Shown piece by piece: positions 38,931-51,010 of a stretch of DNA of 64,000 nt. The stretch is from Selaginella moellendorffii (taxonomy: Eukaryota; Plantae; Lycopodiophyta). Under the pieces are notes generated by a model. That model was not told where the DNA came from. It did no database searches and saw only the letters and a program-made list of their open reading frames with translations. The first letter of the stretch is position 1; each line of letters starts with the position of its first letter. The position numbers and the translations under genes were made by a program. The stretch is from NCBI RefSeq assembly GCF_000143415.4, contig NW_003314283.1, forward strand, positions 129,804-193,803. Direction: 5' to 3'.

Positions 38931-39550
38931 TCTGAAAGTGCAGAAAAGAAGTTAAAACCATACAAAAAATGATTGGAGAATGGCCTAAATCATAACATAC
39001 CAAAAAACCTCAATAGCATGAGGCCACATGCCATTATTCAAACATGCTATTGACACCCACGTGAATTTCGCATTCACAAAATTGGCATGAGGCCTCATGC
39101 CATCTTGATATACACACAGCTGCAGGCAAGTAAAAACATACATGACAATATGCTAGCCATGAAATTGCAAGGGCCCAAGATGGCATGTGGCCTCATGCCA
39201 TTTCTAAATGTGGTCCTAAGCCATTCCATGGTGAACATACCAGGAAGCACAAGTGCCGAATATCAAGAGGAAACGGTAGCCACACCAAAGACAGTACCGC
39301 TCGCAACACTGCAACTACTCGTAGCGCCGCTCGCAACACCGCAACTGCTCGTAGCGCCGCTCGCACAAACTGCCACTCGCATAAACTGCTGCTCGCAATG
39401 GCGCTCGCAATGCCGCAACCGCTCGTAGACGCATAAACCACAGCTCACAACGCCGCTTACACAAGCAGCGCTCACTGTGCTCAGCGGAACCAAGAACACG
39501 GCGCACAAAAATGATAGACCTAGGAATGAGTTCGAGAATTCAAAAATAAC

Positions 39551-41463
39551 ACACGCTTGAACGTCACATCAAATCCTCTGACAAACTAGATCTTATGATT
39601 CCTCTGACAAATTTCAAACTGAGTAGCTTCTAGACTTTGTTGTCGGACGTTGAACTTTGTCACATCATGTCCTTGCCTCGATCCAGCTGTGCCATGTCAG
39701 TGATTCGAACTTTGCCATGCCATGTCAGCGATCCGCACCAAGATTATTCGCCATGTAAAGGAATAATTATGCTGTGTGTGTACGTCCATTTATGGCAATA
39801 TAAGGCCACACGCCATTCAAAGAATAATGCTAGTCGAGCATTTTTTGGTGCATTTTTGGGTTCAAAATTGCATGAGCCCACACGCTATAAAGTTTACCTA
39901 TACCAAAAATAGAAACAGCTTTATTTACTTGGGAATTTAAGTGGTTGAGGCATTTTTAAACTTACAAACACATGCCCTACTTACATTCCTTTGGTTGCTT
40001 AAAATTCAAAAATATTATAAACCTTTCTTTTTGCATTTTCAATGTTTTCAATTATGGTTTTTGATTTTCGCAGGACCAGCCTAGTAATCTATTTGCATCC
40101 CGTCATGTTTATAGCTAGCTTTCGTTTGTCCCCTTCGCTAGCCTGAGATACATCTGCTCGGCATCTGCCTCTTACAGCATTTGCCTAGAAAGGGCATCTT
40201 TCTTCACACAGCATTTGCCACATGTTTAGGGTTTAGGGTTTAGCAATTCAGTAGCTTGATAAACATGCAAATACAGAACTTGATGCAAAATCCTTTGATA
40301 TGTCACAATGCCCCTAGGACCATAAACACATTTCAATAGAGAGGGTCCTTTCATTTCATAACTCCTTACGTAGATCTTGGTGAAACCAGAGTTAGTGAAG
40401 TTAGTTTCTTGTGATCCCGCATCTGATTGTGATGTCCCTTTGCAGTGTCGATGGAAAGGTCAATGCACACCAAACTGTAGAATCTTGGAGCAAAATAACG
40501 GTCGGATCTATGGCAAATGCCTCTGAAACATTGTAAGGCTCGTGTGGTCTCATGTGGTGTCCGATCGAGATGCTTCTTTGCAGGGTCATCAAGAAAGACA
40601 TTGTATACCATTATGTAAAATCTAGTTGCGATCTAACGGTTGAATCTCCAGAAAACTCAAAAAAATCTCGCGCGTGTCAAAATATTCTAAGAATATACTC
40701 CTATGTGCCCCTTAAAATGGCATACGGCCCCACGCCATTCAAGAGATAACGCCAGATGACGCCGAGCATTTTTTGGTGCATTTTTTGGGATCAAAATTGC
40801 ATGAGCCCACACGCTTGAACGTCACATCAAATCCTCTGACAAACCAGATCTTATAATTCCTCTGACAAATTTCAAACTGAGTAGCTTCTAGACTTTGTTG
40901 TCGGACGTTGAACTTTGTCACATCATGTCCTTGCCTCGATCCAGCTGTGCCATGTTAGTGATTCGAACTTTGCCATGCCATGTCAGCGATCCGCGCCAAG
41001 ATTATTCGCCGTGTAACTGCTCGGCATCTGCCTCTTACAGCATTTGCCCAGAAAGGGCATCTTTCTTCACGCAGCATTTGCCACATGTTTAGGGTTTAGG
41101 GTTTAGCAATTCAGTAGCTTGATAAACATGCAAATACAGAACTTGATGCAAAATCCTTTGATATGTCAGGACCATAAACACATTTCAATAGAGAGGGTCC
41201 TTTCATTTCATAACTCCTTACGTAAATCTTGGTGAAACCAGAGTTAGTGAAGTTGGTTTTTTGTGATCCCGCATCTGATTGTGATGTCCCTTTGCAGTGT
41301 CGATGGAAAGGTCAATGTACACCAAACTGTAGAATCTTGGAGCAAAATAACGGTCGGATCTATGGCAAATGCCCCTGAAACATTGTAAGGCTCGTGTGGT
41401 CTCATGTGGTGTCCAATCGAGATGCTTCTTTGCAGGGTCATCAAGAAGGACATTGTATACCAT
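39551..41463. repeat. Mosaic direct duplications in the divergent intergenic region of the transposon
   Basis: 39551-39755 recurs at ~40809-41013, ~40153-40611 at ~41017-41463, and ~39805-39885 at ~40730-40815. Both long copies include TTTAGGGTTTAGGGTTTAG. Confidence 0.9.
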
Positions 41464-42141
41464 TCTTTATTTAGCTGAACATCTGGCATTTTTGGAAATA
41501 CAAGATGCTTTGGAATATCCAATCATGCATGGTATAAATATAGCGAGGGTATTAAATGATATCCCAATCATGATCTTTCTTTTGGATTTCGCGTGCATGC
41601 AGTCTGAGGAATGATGACGTTGCGGATTTCTTTTGGATTTCACGTGCATGCATGCGCGCGGCGATCCAGAAATTAATGGTGGCGCCCAAGTCCAAGGAAT
41701 GATGACGTTGCGGGATTACCAACTGTCGTGACATTTCGCGCGTGTGAGGTTAGGTTTTGCATTTTGCTTCGTACTCGCGCTCGCACACTCGCGCTCGCAT
41801 CACGCACCCACTCGCGATCACGCTCACATTCGCACTCATCTACCTTCTCTACAGGTTTCTCGTGTGCATCGGCGTCCACTCGCGCTTGCATCACACTCGC
41901 GCTCGCATCGCGCTCGTGTGCATCGGCGTCCACTTCAAGACACACCCAATTTGTAACTTTGCCGCCACCTCCGCCGCCCACTCCGCCACCCACACGCAGC
42001 CCACTTGGCGTCCCAGGAGATTTCAGCGCCACTCTCCAACTGTAAGTGGCAGAGTAGCCTTGCTGCTACGATCCGTTGCACACACAGTGCACATTCGCCA
42101 GCGAGTCCGGCCTCGATTGTCACGCCTCCATTCGGCTTCAA

Positions 42142-45100
42142 ATGGTAAGTCTTTTAGGCCAAGTAGAAAATGGCATGAGGCCACATGCCATTCAGTAGCA
42201 ACATTGGCATGCACCAATTGGGCTCTCGAGTGCAGTCCGGTTACAGATGGCGTGTAGCCTCACGCTATCTTAGGATGCAGCCTCAAGACATCTGATGCAG
42301 TGGTGAATGGCATGTGGCCTCACGTTATTTCCAGCTGCTAGCTTTTCATCTGTCAGCTCTAATTGTTGTGCATTTCTGAACAGGCGAGGAATTGCGTTCT
42401 TCTTCCAGCCACTGTCAATGTGGATGTAGAGAAGGGGGAGGAGCTCACCAGTTGGACTTTCGGGATGGAAGGCGAGGATCTGAGGCTGTACAACACAGAT
42501 GGTGGGAGAAAAAAATGCATGGGGATCCTCATCCAAGTGACAGACACTCCATGCAGTTCCATGCAAGAATATGGACTGGCACTTGTGGTAGAGACAGCGT
42601 CCGCCTTCAAGATCCACTTTGCACATCCTAGCGGCTTCCCGGAGGGGGGCAGCGGCTATGAGGAATTCCTAGAGGGAGCTAGGGAGAGGTTGTCTAGGAG
42701 GCCCACAATTTCAAAGACGCTGCGGGTCTATGAAGATCACATGGAATCCACGGACCTCACCTACGGCGATGTTCAAAAACTATATTCCAACATTGAGCCG
42801 TTGAGAGTGCCTCCAGTTCGCGAAGCGAAGGGGAAGGGGGTCGATCTGGAAACTACCCCAAAGCAGAAAAGGGTGGTCAAGCTCAAGCCGACGTCCGACT
42901 CTCCTGCTCCAAAAAAGAAGCTACTCGGTGATGCCATTGCCTCGGGTTCGAACACTACACCCACCAAAAAGAAGAGCCGCAAAGAGCAGAAAGAGCAAGA
43001 AGAGGCAGCAAAAAACGTTGCAGATAATAGTACTTGTTACTATTCCAACAAAGTATATACAATCGGCATGAGCCGTATCGACATCCAAAGCAAATACAAC
43101 CACAGGCTAGTATCTGATGAGTGGGTGGAGAAACTGAAGCAGAAGATGTTGGCAAGTCCAGTAACACCCGACATCGCAGACGTAATCCCCTACTACCGAA
43201 CAATGAAGGGCGAGACGAGGTTTCCAGACTTGATCAATAGGAAGGTGTTGGACGATCAGAACATCCGGTTCTATGCCGTCTCCGGGCAGCATTCTAGCTT
43301 GGCGATGCAAGAGATAGTTGTGGATATTATGGTGGGCGAGGAGGTGAAGAAAGTCTTCAAGACAAGAGTTGTCCGCCTGATAAAAGGCAACTCGCCCCTC
43401 CGATCTATCATATACATCTCCCACGCGCAGAATGTCAAGCAAGAAATGTGCTACAAATCGGGTCTGCACGAGACATTGGCATGAACACAGAAGCTCTGGG
43501 TTCAACTGAAGAAGCCACAAAAACCAGGACAAGGACGTGCACTAGCAACTAGCGCCTGGCAAGTAAGCCTCGTTGCATGTGGCATAGCATGTGGCCTCAC
43601 GCCATTTCCATTGCAGGAATTCTCGAGTCTTCTCTCGAAAACACTGGGGGTCAATGACACACTCAGCATCCATAACATTCTACTCGCGACAAAAGTTGTT
43701 TTTGACAAATAGGTAGATGTGCTGAGGAGGTACCATGACGGGGAGTTGCTGAACTCAATGGGTGTGAAGGACGGCCGGAAGCCCAATGATTTGAAGCTCA
43801 ACACCTTGCGTTTCTCGCGGTCTCTAGACGACGACGACCTTCTAACAGTGACTAATGCTCTTCTACGTGCTGAGGTAGTCTTCAACAAGACCAAAATGAC
43901 TCCCGGCCATATTGTGATATACGAGGACTTGTGCACGACTCTGAGAGCTCGTGCGCTATTGAAGGATTGGATCTTCAAGCAAGTGGCCGTGGAGAGGGTG
44001 AGCATTGACACCACGCAAGAAATGATGGAAGAGCTAGAGTTGTCAAATGAAGACATCGACGAGTACGTGAAGGGGGCCCCCAAGTTCATCGATCTGCTGT
44101 GGGATGCCACGAAAAGTAAAGCTGAGAAGTTGGATCAGTATCCAAATTTCATTAAGAGGGATGTCGACCGCCGGCTTCAGAAACAGCTCGACCCCGCAGC
44201 AGAGGCCTATCGAGAACCTTACCGAGTATACGTGAATTCGGATGAGGATCAAAGGTGGAGGAGCATCGTTTCCCGCGGAGATGAGCAGGTCAAGAACATC
44301 TTTTGTGTGATGGACTTCACAAACGAGGAGATCACTCATGCAGACGAAGTCAGCTCCATCATTGACTTAATGGTGAGACTTGCGGAAGTGGAATCTTTAG
44401 TCCACTATATGATCTACGACTCCGAATCCCATCACAAGTTCTGGAAGGCCTTGAACGAGGTGAAGGCTCAGTTGAAAGGCAAGGAGATGCAGGAGATCTA
44501 TGGGATAATGGCTAAAAAGAAGATACCGACGAATGTCTGCATCTTCACACTCGACCTTGTTATTGGTCCTGCAGTAGAGTGGGATTGGAGTGACTTCCCA
44601 GCTTCGTTCGACAAGGCCGATCGAATTGATCTGAGGGAGGTCAATTTACCCGTGCCTGAGGAATTGAAGACGGCTATGGAGCTTTCGAATCCAGAGAAAG
44701 CTCTAGGTGCAGCATGGGAAATGCTCAGCTGGGTCTTCAACGCAATAGCGGGTGGGTCACCTGCTTCCGACTCCAAGGGCAAATGCGTTGTCGAGTACAA
44801 CTACGGCGGACTATTCTTTCGAGCCGCACTACTCAAGGGTGTCCCGTGTGTTGCGGTGACAAACTCCATTGAAGAGGTGACTTCAATGGAGCATATAATT
44901 ACAGTTGCCAAAGAAAAACAGTATCTTCTTTGCGAACCTAGTGAGTACGCACTTTAAGTTTAAATGTTATCTCACAAGCTCTGTATGCAGGAGCGTGGCC
45001 ACCCCCAGATGCTGAAACGGCGTTAACAGCTACTGTTGAAGATACCCATGTTGGGCCGAGCTCACAACCTGCACAAGGTAATGTCACGTGAGGCCTCACG

Positions 45101-47771
45101 CCATTTTGATTATAGATCGTTGTGAATATTCAGACACGAGGACTGAAAAGCGCACTGGTGGCGCATCAAAGAAGGACAAACAGACAAGCAATAGGAAAAA
45201 AGGAGGTACAAATTATATTTGCAATGGCGTGTGGTCTCATGCCATTCCTTGCAGGAGACACTTCTTCAAAGGCAAAACAGGCAAGCACCAGCCAAGCTCA
45301 AATTGACAGTGGTCATAAAAAGCGAAAGCACGTTGGACAGTCGTCGGGATCAGAGGCGTTTGATTCGAAAAGGAAGAAGGGCAACGAAAAGATGATAGGT
45401 AATGCCTCACGGTTATGGCGTGTGTGCTCATGCCATTCATTGCAGATCAAGGGCTGAGTGAAAGCAACCAATCACCACCTCCTGACTCAGATTCCTATAG
45501 CAGACTCCCCTTCCCCAATCTCAATGGAGAGGTACAATGGATGAGGGATGCTTTTCAAGTTAGGGCCACGTTTTTCTCATCTCGTCGTCTTCGAAGGGTG
45601 CAAGAACGTGCAGAAACCATGTTAAGACAGTCGGGTGAGGATATGGTCCTAGGTCACGCACTAAAACAGGCTATGGATGTCTTGTATTTTGAGATGGAGA
45701 CTCGGCCAGATGATTTTCCCAAGATGGTCCTAGAAGAACAAGCCATCCAACCTGAGCAGCCTATGGAAGAAATGCAGGAGGGGGATGAGGAGCTAGAGAA
45801 AGATAATGAGCAAGAAGAGCAGAAGGACGAAGAGGAGGACAAAGAAGAGGAGGACGAAGAAGAGGAGGACGAAGAGGACTTGGATGGTCCTCACAATGGT
45901 GACGATCACAATAACGACGACGATGATGATGATGACGATGGCCAGCCTGAGGTGGCCAAAGAGCAGCGGAGGAAGGTCATACAAGACAAACCATCAGGTA
46001 AATAATAGTACATCCATTCCTAACCTTTTACCATTTCTAACATTGTCCATATAAGTCGCAGAGCAAATGGTAAGTAGAGATTATTCAGTTGAATTAAGAT
46101 ACAAACTCTAGCCTTTAGTGTCGAGGAAGGATAATGCCAAGCAAGGGTCGAAACGTATGTCCAATCCTTCAAAATCAGTAGTGCACCCGAGTGATATCGG
46201 TCCTAGTTCCTCAATAGCAGTTGATGGTAAATACAGTATAGTCGATTCAATGTGCTAATGAGTTTGTTTTTAGTAGCCAGTAGGGAGGATACCATCTCAA
46301 TCGAAGGGAGATATTTGGACATGCATATGGATCCGCCAGTGGACTCTACTTGCCTGCAAGAGTCATCAGAGCTAGTGGAGGCTACTATCCATATCAACGC
46401 CAAGCAAGGTGACCACGCTCCACTTGATGCTGCCCATACCACTGAGTCAATCTTGTCCACGTATCCAACTGACGATGACCAGGCGCCATTGGACCCGCAT
46501 GAGGCCGCCCCAGCCGCCGAGCCGGTCGTATCCTCATTTCCAACGGACTCAACGTGTGCCCAATCGTCTGACTACGCGCCGTTGGAACCTCCCTACACCG
46601 CCCCTGCTGCCTGTTCGGTCATGTCCACTTTGCCAACGGAGGCACCAGCTGAAATGGCATGTGATCACACGCCATCGGAACCACCCCATGCCACTGTTGA
46701 GCCAGTTGTACCAGAGTCTACAGCTGAAATGGCATGTGCCCACACACCATCGGATGCGATTGACCCCACATTGCAGAGGAGAGTATTTCCGCCCTTCACG
46801 TTTCCTCGACCAAAACCCTCTCAACGACCATCGGGAGCACCATTCACTAATATTGTAGATGGTAAAATTGACTTGTACCATTTTTTATGCTGACGCATTT
46901 CATTTCAGAGTCACGGCGAAGGTACTGTATCGTTTTTGATCTGAACGGTGTCCTTTTCTCCCATGAGCGTGGCTCGTCCTCGAATGTCACTGCACCCTCC
47001 AAAGCCTGCGGTTGCAAGTTAGTCAAAAGAGACAGATTCACATTAATCACACGGGAGAAACTGCGGGATCTAATAATGACCATGCGACACTTAAAACAGA
47101 GGGCCGGGTTCAATTTGCAATTGGGAGTTTGGACATCCATGATGCGCCACAATGCATTAACGTTGCTACAGATGATGCACGATCAAACGCGAGTAATATT
47201 ACCATTTGACTTTCTCCTAACGCAGGAGGATTGCTTGACTATGGTCCATGTGAGGGGTAGCAAGCCCATCTTCATCAAGCCAAAGGCTGTAGTGATGAAC
47301 CAGATTGCTAGGTCAAGTGAAATCCTCATCATCGATGACTCGCCGATTAAAACTGCAGCAAACACGCACACATATGCAGTGCACCCCATCTCTTGCAGTA
47401 TGGAAACTAGGGAGAAGAAACCGTATGTTCTAGGGGACCTTGCAAAACGGCTTGGAGCGATGGTGATAGAGAACCGGCCAGTCCAGAAGGTGGCTGCAGA
47501 AATCAACCAAATGGCAGATGGAACGGTATATCAGAAGCCATTTGATCGGACAGACACCAGTCATCATTTATGGTATGTATATTGTCTAGCCAAGCACTAT
47601 CCGCATCTCCATAATCTGCTCAACCGGATGGGTTCTTCGACCACTGAACATGAGTGTGGACGTATTAGAGAAGAGATGGCATTACTATTGGATTTAAATC
47701 CTGATAGTGTGGAGAGTGATGAAATTCCAAGATTATTGTATAGGCGTTGGAGGCAAAAAATAACAGTCTGA
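42142..47771 (+). CDS. Transposon cargo gene, 10 exons, ~1640 codons: ParB/Srx-like domain + degenerate N6/N4-MTase-like region + acidic/basic linkers + FCP1/NIF-like HAD phosphatase (2 premature stops in this copy)
   Basis: Exons 42142-42144, 42384-43562, 43617-44940, 44991-45077, 45134-45205, 45255-45398, 45446-45997, 46119-46226, 46274-46861, 46909-47771. All introns are GT-AG and phase-compatible; exon total is 4920 nt. Motifs NHRLVSDEWVEKL..FYAVSGQHSSLAM..HAQN; NPEK..MLSWVF..GKCVVEYNYGG..RAALLKGVPCVAV; FDLNGVL..VWTS..TQEDC..IIDDSPIK. Stops TGA 43482 and TAG 43710. Confidence 0.75.
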
Positions 47772-49289
47772 GATGGCATGTATTTATTTAAAAATGTAAC
47801 TTATTATGGCATGGGGTTCCATGCCATTGTATTAATATTAAAAGACAATTCTTTGAGAGGATTTGCATTATACTAGAAGTGTTACAGCATGTTATTGGAA
47901 GTCTACGAAGTTGTTTTATTAATAAGGGGAAAGTAAAGATTGAATGGGGACTTGGGCTCCACCTAGACTCGGAGCAACTGAGCCAATATTAAAAGGATGG
48001 AAAGAAATTGGATGACGATGACAAGGAGAAGAGAGAGGTGAAGCAGTGGCAAGGGGAGGAGAAGTGATTGAGTAGACATTTCCTTGTTTAAAATAAAATG
48101 GCATGTGCCTCAATGCAGTTGAATTTTATTATATTTATATACTATATAAAGGTTTGGAAACCTTATTTTACAAGTGGGATAATGACAATTCCCACTTTAA
48201 CGAAATAGAGCTTAAGGCTAGAAAGGTTACTGTCATGTTCTTGCTTTTACATGTAATTACCTTGGGTCAGCTGTTGCCATTGTTACTTGTTCATTGTTAT
48301 GCGACCCTGCCGCTAGTCTGGGGTGCTGTCAATACTGGCACTTTATTTGTAGTGGACAGAAGTTCGGGAATCCAATAATGATTGATGATTCTGAAGTAGA
48401 GATTAATGCTATAAGATAATTAATTTAACATGATATAATTTAATTATTTTCTTTTATATAGAGCTACATTTGATTGTCAAATTCTATTATATATTTGGCA
48501 TGTAAGAAGGAACTGGCTTAAACATATTATTTTTAAAGTGAAATTTTGTGATATTAGGATGGAAATATGGAAATGTCTCAGAGATATTATGTATAATTCA
48601 ATTCACACAATTTTTTATAATAATAATATTATGCGAGCTGAGATTAAACAACTTATGGAATATTTTGAGGTGCATTATGATTAAGATGTAAGTAATGATA
48701 TTCAGCTAAGAAATAGTGTATTTATTATTACTGTTAATTGTTGAATTTTTAATAACACTATGGTATGGCAAGCAATTTATGCTTGTAATTTGGGGGAGTA
48801 AAAGAAGATGTACATGAATGGGGTTGGCAATTTGGCAGAAGTTTAAAATATATGTTTAAATTGTTGTAATATATATATGTGACTCACAAAAAGAAAGCCC
48901 TTTTATAATGTATAGGCATGTATTGATGCCTACTACATATGCATGGTAAAGTACATATCAATTCCACGTGTGCAATTTTTTGTACTACATAAATTTCAAT
49001 TCTATAGAAATTTTTTTTAATTGTCTGCAAAGTTTAGACTTTGGATTAGAGCTTATAAGTATGATATTTTTCAACACATGAGTTGATTTGCAACATGCCT
49101 AAGAAAGAAAGGCTATGTAACATACTCAAACGTAAGAAACCACTACAATGTCAAAAATTTAAATGTGTGACTAAAAATGTGAGAAATCAATCAAGTTAAT
49201 GGATTACCTTGGCTACAACAAAATCTACTTGGTTATGGAAAAACTACCATATCAAAAACCTAAACACTTAAAGAAATGTTTTGCTTTCC

Positions 49290-49722
49290 CTAATTGATTT
49301 CATTTGCTTTCATGTCAATCGATTGCTACCTAGATTAGGGTGCTCCACTACAAATAAGCTGAAAAAATATAAGAGCAAAATGAGAGGAGAAAGATGATCA
49401 CAATTAAAATATTATAAATCTACACTCAATGACAATTAAAATATTATAAATCTATGACACAAGAATGAAAATAAAAAAATACTCTATAATACCATGTTAT
49501 CAATCAGTCAATTTCTCATGATTGATTTTTCATGTCAATCAATTGCAACCTAGATTAGGGTGCTCCACTGCAAATAAGCCACAAAAATATGAGAGAGCAA
49601 AATGAGTGGAGAAAGATGATCACAATTAAAAGATTATAAATCTCCACTCAATAATAATTAAAATATTATAAATCTATGACATGAGAATGAAAATAAAAAA
49701 ATATCCTGTAATACCATGTTAT
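49290..49722. repeat. ~220-bp tandem duplication
   Basis: CATGTCAATC..CCTAGATTAGGGTGCTCCACT..AAATAAGC at 49311 and 49531. Both units end ATACCATGTTAT. Confidence 0.9.
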
Positions 49723-50930
49723 CTAATATGATATGTTCCATGACAGTTTAAGATGTCATACCTTATGCATATATGGCATATCCCATGACAAAAATATCAT
49801 ATACACAATCAATTTTCAACTGTTTATATAGCAATTAAAAAGCACTTATATGCATAATATTTTTGCATACAACTCAAAACAAAAAAATAAATATGCATGT
49901 AAATATATAATGTAAGCATGCACAATCACATATTTATTGCCTATGCTGGTACAACATCTAGAGAATGTAATTAGAGACAGTTGAGATATTATAAAATATG
50001 AATTACAAAATTTACTTAATCTTTATTCCAGTTTACTAATTATTTCAGATTCATCTCTCAGTACAATTATATAAAAATTATAAACTATTAAGTATGTAGT
50101 TAAAAATTATATACCATCTCAATATAGTCCAACTAAAAGGCTTGATTTATAAATAATGACCAGTGCTTTGTTTTTATTAGTATGCCAATAGGCCCTATTA
50201 ATATTTAAGTACATAAATTGTTTTAGCTTTTCCAAACAGAAAAGTAATATTAATTTTGAATTTTAATTATAATCTTATTTTATATATTGGTAAATATAAA
50301 ATGTGGTCTACAGAAACATTAGGCAACAATAAAAGTTGTAACTTAGGACTTCCAAATAATGGAAATTAGCATTACATTCAGAGAAAGATACTATTTTTTT
50401 GGTCTCCTAATGGAGATAACTATTTTTCTGATTGCATTCTAAAGAGATATTTGGTTATTCTAAATGATTGTAATTTAGCCTTAGAGTAAAATATTATTCA
50501 CTCAACCTATATTATGAAATTCCAATAATTATCTATGTAATATTTATAAAATTTTACAATATAAAACCAATTATTTAATTAGTTTAATTAGATTTTGTTA
50601 ATAATTGTTTAAAAGTAATATTATACTAATAAAAAACTAATGCACCCTTGTAATGCTAATGTTACAAATGTAACATTATAAATAAAATATTAAAGAATGT
50701 TCTTGATATATAAAAATATTCTCACAACTATAAACTAATTTAATGGATGTGTGAAGCAAAAGAATTTATGTCTAATATTAATCTTACCATGAGATTCAAA
50801 TTTACAGACATTAAATACTGTAATATATTCAAACTTGAACCAATTATACACTCTCAAAACAATAACTTTAAACCGAAATAAGGGGTTAAAATCCAAATAT
50901 AACTATAATAAATGCAAAACCTTGTATCTA

Positions 50931-51007
<77 letters not shown>
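50931..51007. repeat. (ATCT)n(AT)n microsatellite
   Basis: Directly visible. Confidence 0.97.

Positions 51008-51010
<3 letters not shown>

Larger units (their letters stand above)
34700..48119. promoter_or_regulatory. Dispersed array of ~25 copies of a 22-bp palindrome ATGGCRTGWGGCCWCAYGCCAT (putative protein-binding sites)
   Basis: Copies start at 34700, 35016, 35105, 35512, 35705, 35865, 36011, 37353, 37410, 39013, 39082, 39180, 39795, 39867, 40717, 40796, 42170, 42247, 42307, 43584, 45083, 45224, 45415, 46654, 46729, 47806 and 48098 (a few are half-degenerate). The function is inferred. Confidence 0.85.
34474..48213. mobile_element. 13.7-kb TIR DNA transposon (Sola-like) with cargo gene
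   Basis: TIRs AAGCTCTATTT(T/C)GTTAAAGTGGGA at 34474-34497 and 48190-48213 (23/24 identical). 4-bp TSD AAGG at 34470-34473 and 48214-48217. Both flanks are joined without the element in the inverted paralogue at ~62680-63090. It encodes a DDE transposase. Confidence 0.9.

Noticed and set aside
40224-40243. Telomere or chromosome-fusion relic (TTTAGGG repeats, also ~41087)
   Set aside because: Fewer than three units inside a duplicated transposon segment. More consistent with telo-box-like motifs.
40366-41463. Duplicated 81-aa minus-strand ORFs with faint kinase-like wording (DPAKKHLDW)
   Set aside because: Too short and no catalytic kinase motifs. The duplication explains the recurrence.
34700-48119. 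Palindrome array as a CRISPR array
   Set aside because: Spacing is irregular (tens to thousands of bp), there are no uniform spacers or cas genes, and the context is eukaryotic.
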